From NCBI GenBank assembly GCA_963753165.1, contig CAVWBP010000002.1, positions 185,280 through 249,279 of the forward strand: a DNA stretch of 64,000 bases, in the 5' to 3' direction. Source of the DNA: Thermodesulfovibrionales bacterium. Its GTDB lineage: Bacteria > Nitrospirota > Thermodesulfovibrionia > Thermodesulfovibrionales > SM23-35. Shown piece after piece: positions 50,254 through 60,701 of this stretch; within the stretch, counting starts at the first letter, position 1, and every line of letters starts with the position of its first letter. The notes below the pieces were generated by a model. It had not been told where the DNA came from and did no database searches. It saw only the letters and a list, made by a program, of their open reading frames with translations. Made by a program: the position numbers and the translations under genes.

Positions 50254-51716
50254 AGCGCCGGTTTCCTCAGGCGCCATTCCGTACCTTGTTCGTATGCATA
50301 GGCGATTCTGAACAGAGATTCTTCGTCAAAATGGTTCCCGATAATCTGGAGGCCGACCGGGAGGTTCCCTGAAGTGAACCCGCAGGGAACTGAGACCGCC
50401 GGTACGCCGGCGAGGTTCACTGATATGGTGAAAATATCGGACAGGTACATCTGGAGGGGGTCAGCGGTTTTCTCCCCGATCTTAAAAGCAGGGGTAGGCG
50501 CAGTCGGTGTTATGAGGACATCGACCGTCTTGAACGCATCTTCAAAATCCTTCTTGATGAGCGTCCTTACCTGCTGTGCCTTTCTGTAATATGCATCATA
50601 ATAGCCGGAGGAAAGGGCGTAGGTGCCGAGCATAATCCTTCTTTTCACCTCAGCTCCGAATCCGCGCGCCCTTGTTGAAACATACATGTCCATCAAATCC
50701 TTGCCTTCATTCCTCAAACCGTACTTGACTCCGTCATAGCGTGCCAGATTAGAGGAAGCCTCAGAGGTGGCAATAATATAGTATGTTGCGACTGCGTACT
50801 CTGTATGAGGAAGCGATACTTCAATGGGGATCGCCCCGGCTGATTCGAGATGCCGGATCGCCTCTTTGACGGCCTGCTCAACCTCTCTGTCCATCCCCTC
50901 GATAAAATATTCCTTCGGGATGCCGATCCGCATGCCCCTGATATCCCTGCCAAGCACTGCGGTAAAGTCAGGAACCGGCAACGGTGCTGATGTCGAGTCG
51001 CACGGATCGTGTCCGGCAATGGCATTCATGACGATGGCGGAATCCCTTACATTTTTTGTGATGGTCCCTATCTGATCGAGAGAAGAGGCGAACGCAACAA
51101 GCCCGTAGCGGGAGACTCTGCCATAGGTAGGCTTCAATCCCACAACGCCGCAGAAAGAAGCCGGCTGTCTGATTGAGCCCCCTGTGTCAGAACCGAGAGC
51201 TGCAATACATTCGTCTGCGGCGACTGCTGCAGCAGAGCCTCCGCTGGAACCTCCCGGAATTCTTTCCAAATCCCAGGGATTCTTTGTGATCTGAACCCCT
51301 GAGTTTTCCGTTGAAGAGCCCATGGCAAATTCATCCATGTTCGTTTTGCCGATGAGAACTGAACCTTCTGCAGAGAGTCTGGTTGTTGCGGTGCTCTCAT
51401 AGGGAGGAACAAAATTATGCAATATTTTTGATGCACAGGTTGTGCGGATATTCCGTGTACACATATTGTCCTTAACGGCAAAGGGAATACCGAGAAGAGA
51501 TTTGTTCTCTCCCCTGTTGATTTTTTTCTGCGCATCTTCTGCAGCCCTGAACGCTTCATCTTTTGTAAGAGTGAGGAACGCGCTCACCTTCTTCTCGACA
51601 GCGTCAATCCGAACAAAAATCGAGCTTACGATATCCTGAACGGTTATCTCGCGCTTTATCAGGAGCTCTCTCGCTTCGGAGACGGTCAAGCTGTGCCAAG
51701 CGGTGCAGAGACACAA
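50250..51716 (-). CDS. gatA: Asp/Glu-tRNA amidotransferase subunit A
   Basis: Amidase signature [24 protein letters not shown] and [14 protein letters not shown]; GAGGAGG RBS before a TTG start. Confidence 0.96.
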   Translation of the reverse strand: MCLCTAWHSLTVSEARELLIKREITVQDIVSSIFVRIDAVEKKVSAFLTLTKDEAFRAAEDAQKKINRGENKSLLGIPFAVKDNMCTRNIRTTCASKILHNFVPPYESTATTRLSAEGSVLIGKTNMDEFAMGSSTENSGVQITKNPWDLERIPGGSSGGSAAAVAADECIAALGSDTGGSIRQPASFCGVVGLKPTYGRVSRYGLVAFASSLDQIGTITKNVRDSAIVMNAIAGHDPCDSTSAPLPVPDFTAVLGRDIRGMRIGIPKEYFIEGMDREVEQAVKEAIRHLESAGAIPIEVSLPHTEYAVATYYIIATSEASSNLARYDGVKYGLRNEGKDLMDMYVSTRARGFGAEVKRRIMLGTYALSSGYYDAYYRKAQQVRTLIKKDFEDAFKTVDVLITPTAPTPAFKIGEKTADPLQMYLSDIFTISVNLAGVPAVSVPCGFTSGNLPVGLQIIGNHFDEESLFRIAYAYEQGTEWRLRKPAL

Positions 51717-51849
51717 GTCCTCCTCTAAAAATTGATTTCCGCAACAATGAATTTTTAATTATGGCATGAGAGCGGGAATATCTCAAGAGAACAACCGTCC
51801 AGAAACACTGCTTTTTTCTGTATAGTTTCTTATAGTATAATCAAATGCT

Positions 51850-54282
51850 ATGTTGCAAAATCCCTTAGTTTCCATCATCGCAAGAACGAAAGACAGGCCA
51901 AAACTGCTCAAGCGCGCCTTGCAGAGCATAGCAGGGCAGACCTACAGGCCGATTGAGGTTGTAATCGTAAATGACAGCGATTGTGACCTTGACAGTAAAG
52001 AAATAGAAACTATCCTTGGAGATATAGAACTCAATTATCTCCGGCTTGAAAAGAATACCGGAAGGGCTCGTTCCGGGAATGTCGGTATCGAGCATGCCCG
52101 GGGTGAATACATAGGATTCCTTGATGATGACGAATTATATCCCGAACACCTCGCTGTTCTCTGTAATGCGTTACAAAAACCTGATTGTGATGTGGTCTAT
52201 TCTGATTTCGAACTCTCAGGTTTCTCCGGGAAAGATGACTCACTGAGAGTTCACAAAATGGAGAAGCGCCCGGTTCCTTCCCCTGAATTGCTCCTTTCTG
52301 TCTTGCTATTCGAATATTGTCTCCCTTTATCAGCAGTTCTTTTCAAAAAGAGAACTTTTCATGCCAATAGAGGATTTCAGGAATCTCTTAATATGCATGA
52401 AGATTGGGACCTCTTAATCAGGGCAGCGTCAAGTTCATCTTTTTCCCACGTGCCGGTGTCTATGATACGACATTTGGAAGAGATACCCTATCATGACCCT
52501 CTCAATACAAAGGTGGAAGAAGGGTTCGTCACTATACTAAAAAAACACACAGACAAGAGAACGGTACAGGCCCTCTATAGGTATTGCACATACAAAAATC
52601 GGGTTATACATAAGCAGGGAGAGCTTATCGGAGACCTGCGAGAAGACCTGCAAAGAATGCGAACTCGCATTGATGAATTATCCGGTGTGCAGGAAAGAGA
52701 GGAAGATAACCAATCAGGGACCTTGGATGAACGGGCGGACATAACAAGACAACTCCATGAGAAAACGCGATACATCGATGAAATCAATGCAAGCCTGGGA
52801 TGGAAGGTGCTGACTTTTTACCGTGAAAATATCAAGACTTTCCTCGCACCTCCAGGAACGAAGAGGGGGAATTTTTATAGGCTGACGCTCACAAGTCTTG
52901 CATTACTCAAAGGGAAAGGGTTGCCTTATGTATACAGGAAAGCATGGAATGTTGTACGGAGAATAAGGGCCGAGAAAAACATTCAGCGAGAGATATACCA
53001 GGTGCCCGTCATCAGCAGTGAAACGCTCTCCGTTATCGAGACCAAAGTGTCTGTTGTCATTCCTACGAAGAATGCCGGTCCAGAATTCCGGAATACGCTC
53101 AGTAAAATATTTTGTCAGAAAGGGATAAGAGAGATTGAAGTCGTTGTAATTGATTCGGGGTCTCATGATGAAACACTGGCATTGGCGAAGGAGTACGGAG
53201 CAAAGGTATATTCTATCCCTCCCCATGAATTTAATCATGGAACAACACGGAATGCAGGTGCTGAGAAGGCTACTGGTGAGTATCTTGTTTTCATGTCTCA
53301 GGATGCAATCCCTGTCGGTGACTCCTGTTTCCATGAAATAATTTTACGCATACATTCTGACCAAAAGATCGCTGTGGCAACAGTAAAGCAGATACCCAGA
53401 AGTGATGCGGACCTTTTCTCATGTTGGCAATTGTGGTTTTATAATAACGCATTGTTACAGTATCAGGAAGACAGGCGTATTGTAATGGAACGAGATCAAC
53501 TGAGAAGCCTGTCGCCTGGTGACAAGAGAAGGACCGCACAGATCAACAATGTTTTTTCCTGTTTCCGCAAGGAAATCTTTGATCGGTATAAGTTTAATCC
53601 GCTGCCCTATGCTGAGGACCTGGACCTGGGCATGAGACTTATAGAAGACCATTATGCAATTTTCTTCATGACCTCGAAAGGCGTTATCCACTCGCATACA
53701 AGGGGGACTGAGTATTATCTGGAACGGGGATATGCTGATACCAAAACATTATTCCGGCTTCTTGAGTATGAGGGCATCCACTGGCGGGAGTTAGGCGTTC
53801 AGTCGATGCAGGAGATGCTGAACTCTTTGCATTCACTGTACAAAAAGATTAATTATGGAATAAAGGAGATTTCGTTAGCAGAAATCCAGGACTCTACCGC
53901 AGCACAACTGTTGTTTTCCATTAAATCCTATATCAATGCTGCTGATAATAAATACTCAGGCCCCGGAGATAGAGGCATCGACAAATTTTTCGCCCGTATT
54001 TCTTTGCAAGAGGATAGCTTGTACGCTGATCAACGGATATCAACGGAGCAAGTTCTGATAAATCAATATTTCATTTTCCTTGACAGTTTTTTTGAGTATC
54101 TTATTCAAAGCAATATCCCGATCGTGGGAGGAAAAACGAAGACCAGCTTGCTCCCTGCACTGTATAAACTGTTTGCGTGGACCTGCGGATCGTTGATCGG
54201 AAACTATGCCGTCTTTTCGGACAACACAGAAGAAGTGTACAAAAACAATTACATAGAAGCTATCCTGGCAAGTGGGAAATGA
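51850..54282 (+). CDS. Bifunctional glycosyltransferase: GT2 - coiled coil - GT2 (rhamnosyltransferase-like)
   Basis: VSIIARTKDR..FLDDD, coiled coil ending SLGWK, second GT2 domain VSVVIPTKNAG..IDSGS..FNHGTTRN..SQDA. Confidence 0.88.
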   Translation: MLQNPLVSIIARTKDRPKLLKRALQSIAGQTYRPIEVVIVNDSDCDLDSKEIETILGDIELNYLRLEKNTGRARSGNVGIEHARGEYIGFLDDDELYPEHLAVLCNALQKPDCDVVYSDFELSGFSGKDDSLRVHKMEKRPVPSPELLLSVLLFEYCLPLSAVLFKKRTFHANRGFQESLNMHEDWDLLIRAASSSSFSHVPVSMIRHLEEIPYHDPLNTKVEEGFVTILKKHTDKRTVQALYRYCTYKNRVIHKQGELIGDLREDLQRMRTRIDELSGVQEREEDNQSGTLDERADITRQLHEKTRYIDEINASLGWKVLTFYRENIKTFLAPPGTKRGNFYRLTLTSLALLKGKGLPYVYRKAWNVVRRIRAEKNIQREIYQVPVISSETLSVIETKVSVVIPTKNAGPEFRNTLSKIFCQKGIREIEVVVIDSGSHDETLALAKEYGAKVYSIPPHEFNHGTTRNAGAEKATGEYLVFMSQDAIPVGDSCFHEIILRIHSDQKIAVATVKQIPRSDADLFSCWQLWFYNNALLQYQEDRRIVMERDQLRSLSPGDKRRTAQINNVFSCFRKEIFDRYKFNPLPYAEDLDLGMRLIEDHYAIFFMTSKGVIHSHTRGTEYYLERGYADTKTLFRLLEYEGIHWRELGVQSMQEMLNSLHSLYKKINYGIKEISLAEIQDSTAAQLLFSIKSYINAADNKYSGPGDRGIDKFFARISLQEDSLYADQRISTEQVLINQYFIFLDSFFEYLIQSNIPIVGGKTKTSLLPALYKLFAWTCGSLIGNYAVFSDNTEEVYKNNYIEAILASGK

Positions 54283-55517
54283 AAATCCTTTACGTTGTCA
54301 ATGATTTTTTCCCTCTCTATTATGGTGGGGTTGAAAGGTATGTATTAAATATCAGCAAACAATTGCAAAGGATGGGGCACCATGTCAAAGTGCTCACTTA
54401 TGGTATGGACGACAAAGATCAGGGATATTCCCAGAAGGGGAATTTCTATTACAAGGAATATATTTATGAGAACATAGCGGTACTTTCTATAAGGCATGAA
54501 ACAATCCCTCACGATATCGGATTTCGTATAGGAGATGCCCAGATGGAACAAGCTCTCGCCGATATTCTGAGCGAGGAATCTCCAGATCTTATCCACGTCG
54601 CCCACCCCATGAAATTAAACTCCGTTATCAGCCTTGCTGCGGAGTGCGGTATCCCTGTAGTTTTGACTCTCACGGACTTCTGGCTTTTGTGCCCGAGAGG
54701 GCGTTTTTTTAAGCCAGATTATTCGCCGTGCAATTCTCCCGGTGGTGGTGAGAAATGCATGCGTGAGTGCGGGATTGACGCTTCTGTTGTCGAGCGGTAT
54801 CAGCAGGCAACTCTGATATTCGAGAAAGCGAGTAAAGTCATTGCTCCATCGAGGTTTATCATCAAGATCTTTGAAAACAATGGCTGGCAAAAGGAGATAA
54901 TGCTCGTCAGGCATGGTTTTGTATATTCACTTAAAAGTGCAATTGCTCCCTCGAAAGTAAGCAAGAGAAAATCTGTGGTGTTTGGATATACGGGGTTAGT
55001 TACGCGTTTCAAGGGCGTCGACCTCTTGATTGAATCCTTCCGCAAGGTAAAACATGAGGACATATCACTCTCCTTGTACGGAGATATCTACCGGGAATGG
55101 ATTTGGGAGAGGACATTCTATGAAGACATCGTAAAATCCACCGCAACAGATACGCGGATACAATTTATGGGGAAGTATACACACGATGATCTTTCCGCAA
55201 TCTTCAGTGCTGTAGATATCACTGTCATCCCCTCTACAACACTTGAGAGTTACGGGCTTGTTGTGACGGAGAGCTTAGCACACAATGTCCCCGTAATAGT
55301 CTCCGATATTGTCGGCAGTGCCTATGAATATGTCGTTGACGGCAAGAACGGATTTATTTTCCCTGTAAACAAGCCTGAAATGCTCTCTGAAATTATCAGC
55401 AGTATTGCGTATGATCCTTCTATCCTGTCGGATCTGCGCAGCAATATTATCCCCCCCCCGCGAATCGAGGAAGAGGCCTTTATGCTTGAAAACATCTATA
55501 AGGAATTGTCGCATTGA
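54279..55517 (+). CDS. GT4 family glycosyltransferase
   Basis: MKILYVVNDFFP..GGVE, LTDFWLLCP, KGVDLLI and ESYGLVVTES motifs. Confidence 0.9.
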   Translation: MKILYVVNDFFPLYYGGVERYVLNISKQLQRMGHHVKVLTYGMDDKDQGYSQKGNFYYKEYIYENIAVLSIRHETIPHDIGFRIGDAQMEQALADILSEESPDLIHVAHPMKLNSVISLAAECGIPVVLTLTDFWLLCPRGRFFKPDYSPCNSPGGGEKCMRECGIDASVVERYQQATLIFEKASKVIAPSRFIIKIFENNGWQKEIMLVRHGFVYSLKSAIAPSKVSKRKSVVFGYTGLVTRFKGVDLLIESFRKVKHEDISLSLYGDIYREWIWERTFYEDIVKSTATDTRIQFMGKYTHDDLSAIFSAVDITVIPSTTLESYGLVVTESLAHNVPVIVSDIVGSAYEYVVDGKNGFIFPVNKPEMLSEIISSIAYDPSILSDLRSNIIPPPRIEEEAFMLENIYKELSH

Positions 55518-55542
55518 TTTATACTGTAAAAAAGAGGATTGC

Positions 55543-56431
55543 ATGCCCACAATCTCTGTTGTAATTCGCGCGAAAAACGAAGAAAAGTCCATTGGATCAA
55601 CACTGAAAGGTCTCCGTGGCCAGGATATAACTTTCCCCATAGAGACACTCCTTATTGATTCTGGTTCGACTGACCGGACGCTTATTATCGCCCGTGAATA
55701 TAATTGTAAAATCATTCTTGTCCCTCAGGAATTATTCACTTACGGATATGCATTGAACAGAGGAATCAAAGAGTCTTCCGGAGAGATTATTTGTCTCCTT
55801 TCGGCACATTGTATACCGAGAAACGAACGATGGCTCGCGGAACTGGTACAGCCGATAGTGGCCGGATCCGTTCATGCCACCTTCGGAAGGCAGGTGCCGG
55901 TTCACGGGAGTGAATCCTTTTGAAGAGTTATCCTTACGGAAACACTTTCCTCCCCTGCCTAAAAAAAGCGGCCGAGTCCCTTTTTCCAATGCAAACTGTG
56001 CTTTCCTGAAGGAAATGTGGAATGTGATGCCGTTTAATGAGACCTTGCCGGGCTGGGAGGATTATCTCTGGTACCTCCTTCTCAATGAACGCTATATTTT
56101 TCAGTACCGTCCTGAGGCAGCAGTTACTCATACGCATCCATTTTCCATCAAGTCCGTCATGCGCAGGACCTATAACGATGGCAGGGCATTCGGGCTGATC
56201 AGGGATCAATATGGAATCGATATCTACAACACACTCTATCCGGGATTTATGTCAAAAGTCAGGATGCTCGTGGATGATCTTATAAACCATGTGACTTTTT
56301 TCAGGGATCAAGGGTATATAAAATATATTCCCTTGATCCCTGTGGTAAGATTTTTTTCCTATTTTACTTACTGGAAGGGCGTTCGATCAGCAAAACTGGG
56401 AGTAAGTCAGACGCTGAGAAAAATGGTATGA
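55543..56431 (+). CDS. GT2 family glycosyltransferase (apparent +1 frameshift near 55907)
   Basis: ISVVIRAKNEE, IDSGSTD and LSAHCIP in one frame continue as GVNPFE..FSNANCA..WED in the next. Confidence 0.85.
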
Positions 56432-58551
56432 CAGAGAACATGGACAAGCTTATTTCAATAATTGTAAGAACCAAAGACAGGCCGATACTCCTGAAAAGAG
56501 CGATAACGAGTATTGCCCGGCAAACGTACAGACCGATCGAGGTAGTGCTCGTGAACGATGGGGGCTGTGATCTTGATCTGGACGAATTGAAAGATGTCCT
56601 GAGCAATATCCCCTTGAACTATATCAGGCTCCATGAAAATACCGGAAGAGCACATGCGGCAAATGTGGGGATCGAGAATGTACGGGGAGAATATATCGGT
56701 TTTCTCGATGACGATGATGAGCTCTATCCCGAGCATCTGTATATCCTTACTCAGGCACTCGAACCAGAGGGACGGAAAATTGTCTATTCGGATGCGGAGA
56801 TGGTTTTTACGGAATTGAAAGGAGATGAAATTGTCGAGACATTTAGATATGTCTTTTACTCGCATGAGTTTTCGCCTGCTGCCCTGCTCCTCCAGAACTA
56901 TATCCCTTTCATGTGTCTCCTCTTCCCCAAGGAAGTATTTTCGGATGCGAGATTTGATGAAAGTTTTGATATCTTCGAAGACTGGATGTTCCTGATCCGG
57001 TTATCCAAGAAGCACTGGTTTCTCCATATTAAGAGAGTTACCGCAAAATATATGCAATGGAGCGATGAATCACAGATCACCAGGAGGGCACTGACGGAAG
57101 ACTTCAGTCGAGAGGCTTACATGAGGGTATTGGAGTGGAATATGAAAAATATTTCATCAGAAGCCATCTATACCTATTGTGTTTTTATGGCTACAGAGAA
57201 AAAGAAATTTTTCGATGAACTCATAAAAAAGGAAGCAGACTATTTCAATGAAAAAGTAGCATTGACCAATGAGCTTTTAAGCTTGAAGTCGGAAAATCTG
57301 CATTTTAAGCTAGAAAAGAGGCAGCTGAGTGCGGAGAAACACCAAGTTGAACAAGAACTAGAAGAGCTGAGACAAGAAAGGGGAAGAATCCTCAATGAAC
57401 TGAGTGACTTGAAAAAGTTCCTTGCAGAAATTTCCTCCAGTTTGGGATGGAATCTGGTTGAACGGTACCGTACCGTGAAGAATTGGGTTATCCCCGCTGG
57501 CACAATGAGGAGAAGAGGCTATGATCTTTTCCTGAAAAGCGTCAAAGTTCTGAAAAAAGAAGGCATGCAAGGGTTCCTCTCAAAGGCGGAGAAAAAAAGT
57601 CGATCGGAGCTGAAGAAAATCGAATACAGGTGGGGGCTGAATAGATTCCGAGGTATGCCTTCTGGAATGACCGTGGAGATATGCGATTTCTCTCAGCGGC
57701 CGGTCACGATCATTATGCCGGTCTATAATGGCCATGAATGTCTCGGTAGCTGTTTCGAAAGTATCATAAGGAATACCGATCTGGCCCTCAATTCCCTTAT
57801 TCTTATTGACGATGGAAGTACTGATGCAAGGGTCCGGGAATATCTGGCAAAGATCAGAAAATGGCGCAATGGTCGCAATATACAGGTTCTCTGGAACAGA
57901 AAAAATTTGGGCTTTACGCAGACAGTGAACCGGGGAATGAAACGATCTCCGCAGGACGTCATTCTTTTAAACTCGGATACAATTGTTACGAGAAACTGGA
58001 CAAACAAATTACAAAGAGCAGCCTATTCCAGCCCCCGGGTTGCGACTGCTACGCCGCTTTCTAATTATATGACGATTAATGGTATCCCTGAACCATTCCG
58101 TTTCAATCCGGTGCCCGAAGATATGACTGTCGATACCTTTGCCGATTTCCTCGATCATATATCTCTCCGTTATTATCCGAAGATACCGGCGGGAGTCGGT
58201 TTCTGTCTCTACATAAAACGATCAGTCCTCGATGAAGTAGGGTATTTCGATGAGAAACGGTTTGGCAGAGGATATGCAGAGGAGACAGACTTTTGCATGA
58301 GGGCCCTGAAAAAAGGATATATTCATGTCCTGGATGATGCTACCTATATCTATCATGTAGGCGGTGTTTCATTCGAATCCGTCCGGGATCCAGAAGTGCT
58401 CAGGACGAAGAATATGATGATTGAACAGAATCTGGAGACTCTGAAAGCACTGCATCCAGAGTACTCGAGTTTAGTTGAGCAGGCAATGAAAGAGAATCTT
58501 TTGCCGGTGCATGAATATATACGTTTAAGAATGAAAGCACGGGAGAATTAA
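56428..58551 (+). CDS. Bifunctional glycosyltransferase: GT2 - coiled coil - GT2
   Basis: ISIIVRTKDR..FLDDDD, long coiled coil ending SLGWN, second GT2 domain IIMPVYN..LLNSDT..GYAEETDFC. Confidence 0.9.
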   Translation: MTENMDKLISIIVRTKDRPILLKRAITSIARQTYRPIEVVLVNDGGCDLDLDELKDVLSNIPLNYIRLHENTGRAHAANVGIENVRGEYIGFLDDDDELYPEHLYILTQALEPEGRKIVYSDAEMVFTELKGDEIVETFRYVFYSHEFSPAALLLQNYIPFMCLLFPKEVFSDARFDESFDIFEDWMFLIRLSKKHWFLHIKRVTAKYMQWSDESQITRRALTEDFSREAYMRVLEWNMKNISSEAIYTYCVFMATEKKKFFDELIKKEADYFNEKVALTNELLSLKSENLHFKLEKRQLSAEKHQVEQELEELRQERGRILNELSDLKKFLAEISSSLGWNLVERYRTVKNWVIPAGTMRRRGYDLFLKSVKVLKKEGMQGFLSKAEKKSRSELKKIEYRWGLNRFRGMPSGMTVEICDFSQRPVTIIMPVYNGHECLGSCFESIIRNTDLALNSLILIDDGSTDARVREYLAKIRKWRNGRNIQVLWNRKNLGFTQTVNRGMKRSPQDVILLNSDTIVTRNWTNKLQRAAYSSPRVATATPLSNYMTINGIPEPFRFNPVPEDMTVDTFADFLDHISLRYYPKIPAGVGFCLYIKRSVLDEVGYFDEKRFGRGYAEETDFCMRALKKGYIHVLDDATYIYHVGGVSFESVRDPEVLRTKNMMIEQNLETLKALHPEYSSLVEQAMKENLLPVHEYIRLRMKAREN

Positions 58552-58552
58552 G

Positions 58553-59764
58553 TTGACGCTGCTCTATGTGATAGACCAGAAGCCTGACGGATATCCGGGC
58601 GGCATCGAGTACCATCAGCTTGATCTCATCAGATATTTCAGGGAGAAGAATATCCCTGTCTTTCTTTTTTTTCCTGAAGAACATTCACTTTGTCTCAGGC
58701 AGTATCGAGGGGACCGTATCGACGAGACCAGGTACGAGGGCATGAAACTCAATGACCACAGGCTGAGAGATCCCCTCCTGGAAGAATCGTTCAAGAGGGT
58801 TCTCAACGACACAGATGCAGATATCGTCCATTTCCAGAGTATTCGGACAATGCCTCTCTCATTCATTGAAGTCGCAAAGAGTGCCGGGAAAAAAGTAATT
58901 GTCTCATTCCATGAATATTATTTCTGGTGCATCAATTGCATCATGCTTGCTCCTGATTTCTGCTGGTTCGAGCGGGATGAAAAGAAATGTTTTTCATGCC
59001 TCATGAGAACTCATTATCCTGTACCTGCAGGGTATGTGAAGCAGAGGAGAGAATATATCCAACACCTGTTCACGAAAATCGACAGGATTATCATGCCTTC
59101 TTTATATGTGCGGGACGTCTTTCTGAGCCTCTATAAGGGACTGAAAGAAGAACAATGTGTACTAATAGAATTTGGCGTAGACAGCAAGATCCTGGAGGAG
59201 TCGAACAGCATGACGACGGCCAGAACAGGCAGATTCCTGAAAATTGCATTCTTGGGGAACTTCCTCCACTATAAGGGTAACAAAACCTTTCTGGAAATCC
59301 TTGACTATTACCGGAATTCACTCGCCTTCCGATTTAGTATAATAGGAAATATTTTCGATCACTCGATCATTCCGGTCCAGAAGAATCTTTTTGTGGCAGG
59401 TGGATATACAAGAGACAATGTCGTGAAGAAAATACACGAGGTAAATCCTGATCTTATCCTCTTGCTCTCAAACTGGCCTGAAACATTCTCATACACCCTG
59501 TCAGAATCGATAGCGAGCAGCGTCCCGGTGATTGCAACCGATGGTGGCGCCCTCCGGGAAAGAGTTGCGAGTGAGTGCGCTGGATTTCTTGTGCCTGTGG
59601 AGAACCCTTTACCGAGGATCATCGAGATCATAGAGGATATCAGGCGCAATCCGGTCGTGATGGATTTTCTCAATGAAGCGGTCAAAAAGGCAAGGGGGAG
59701 GTTAAAAACAGTAGATGATATGTCGAAAATCACTTTTGCTGTCTATCGATCTCTCCTGCAGTAA
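58553..59764 (+). CDS. GT4 family glycosyltransferase
   Basis: GGIEYH, FHEYYFWC and WPETFSYTLSE motifs. Confidence 0.88.
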   Translation: MTLLYVIDQKPDGYPGGIEYHQLDLIRYFREKNIPVFLFFPEEHSLCLRQYRGDRIDETRYEGMKLNDHRLRDPLLEESFKRVLNDTDADIVHFQSIRTMPLSFIEVAKSAGKKVIVSFHEYYFWCINCIMLAPDFCWFERDEKKCFSCLMRTHYPVPAGYVKQRREYIQHLFTKIDRIIMPSLYVRDVFLSLYKGLKEEQCVLIEFGVDSKILEESNSMTTARTGRFLKIAFLGNFLHYKGNKTFLEILDYYRNSLAFRFSIIGNIFDHSIIPVQKNLFVAGGYTRDNVVKKIHEVNPDLILLLSNWPETFSYTLSESIASSVPVIATDGGALRERVASECAGFLVPVENPLPRIIEIIEDIRRNPVVMDFLNEAVKKARGRLKTVDDMSKITFAVYRSLLQ

Positions 59765-59802
59765 CGACGGGAAAATATTCTCCGGAGTGCAGGAGTCATA
59801 GT

Positions 59803-60663
59803 ATGCCGGAAGACCAGGACAAGAACGGTGAGTTTGACTTCCCTCCCGGACATTATTTTTCACCGATTCCTTCTATAGAAGAGATAAAACTGCGGGAAGA
59901 ATATATCTTCGATCAGTGGCCGGAAGCGCTTCCCGGGATCGATATGCGCGTAAGAGAGCAACTCGCGCTCCTGGAGGAATTCAGGAAATTCTACGGGGAG
60001 TTTCCGTTTGAAGCACAGGGCAGGGAAGGCCTGCGTTTCTCTCTCAACAACCCAAGTTACAGCCATTCTGATGCGTTAATCCTTTACTGCATGTTGCGGT
60101 ATCTCAGGCCGAAGAAGATCATAGAGATAGGTTCGGGCTTCTCATCGTGTCTCATGCTGGATATTAATGAGATTTTCATGGGAAACCGTGCCAAGTGTAC
60201 TTTTATTGAGCCGTATCCTGAATTGCTGCTCACACTTCTTAAGGATACGGACGAACCGCAGATCGAAATTATACCGAGCAGGCTTCAGGAGGTTGATCCT
60301 GATATTTTTTCCACGCTGTCTGCATCAGACATCCTGTTCATCGACTCCACCCATGTGTCAAAAGTAGACAGCGATGTGAACCATATCTTTTTCCGCATAT
60401 TGCCCCTTCTCCAGTCCGGGGTGTATATCCATTTCCATGATATCTTTTATCCTTTCGAATACCCGAAGAGCTGGTTTTATGAAGGTCTTGCATGGAATGA
60501 AGCGTATATCCTCCGCGCGTTTCTTCAGTATAATAGCGAGTATAAGATCAAATTTTTCAACACATATCTGGCATACTTTTTCCGTGAAAAGTTTTTCCGT
60601 GAAATGCCTCTGCAGTTAGACTATGTAGGCGCGAGCATCTGGCTTGAAAAAGGTTCTCTGTAA
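59803..60663 (+). CDS. Class I SAM-dependent methyltransferase (Methyltransf_24-like)
   Basis: PPGHYFSPIP, IIEIGSGFSS, LFIDSTHV and HFHDIF motifs. Confidence 0.88.
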   Translation: MPEDQDKNGEFDFPPGHYFSPIPSIEEIKLREEYIFDQWPEALPGIDMRVREQLALLEEFRKFYGEFPFEAQGREGLRFSLNNPSYSHSDALILYCMLRYLRPKKIIEIGSGFSSCLMLDINEIFMGNRAKCTFIEPYPELLLTLLKDTDEPQIEIIPSRLQEVDPDIFSTLSASDILFIDSTHVSKVDSDVNHIFFRILPLLQSGVYIHFHDIFYPFEYPKSWFYEGLAWNEAYILRAFLQYNSEYKIKFFNTYLAYFFREKFFREMPLQLDYVGASIWLEKGSL

Positions 60664-60701
60664 AGGATGCCGGACAGCACAACACAGCGGGAGGTTCAGC
60701 C

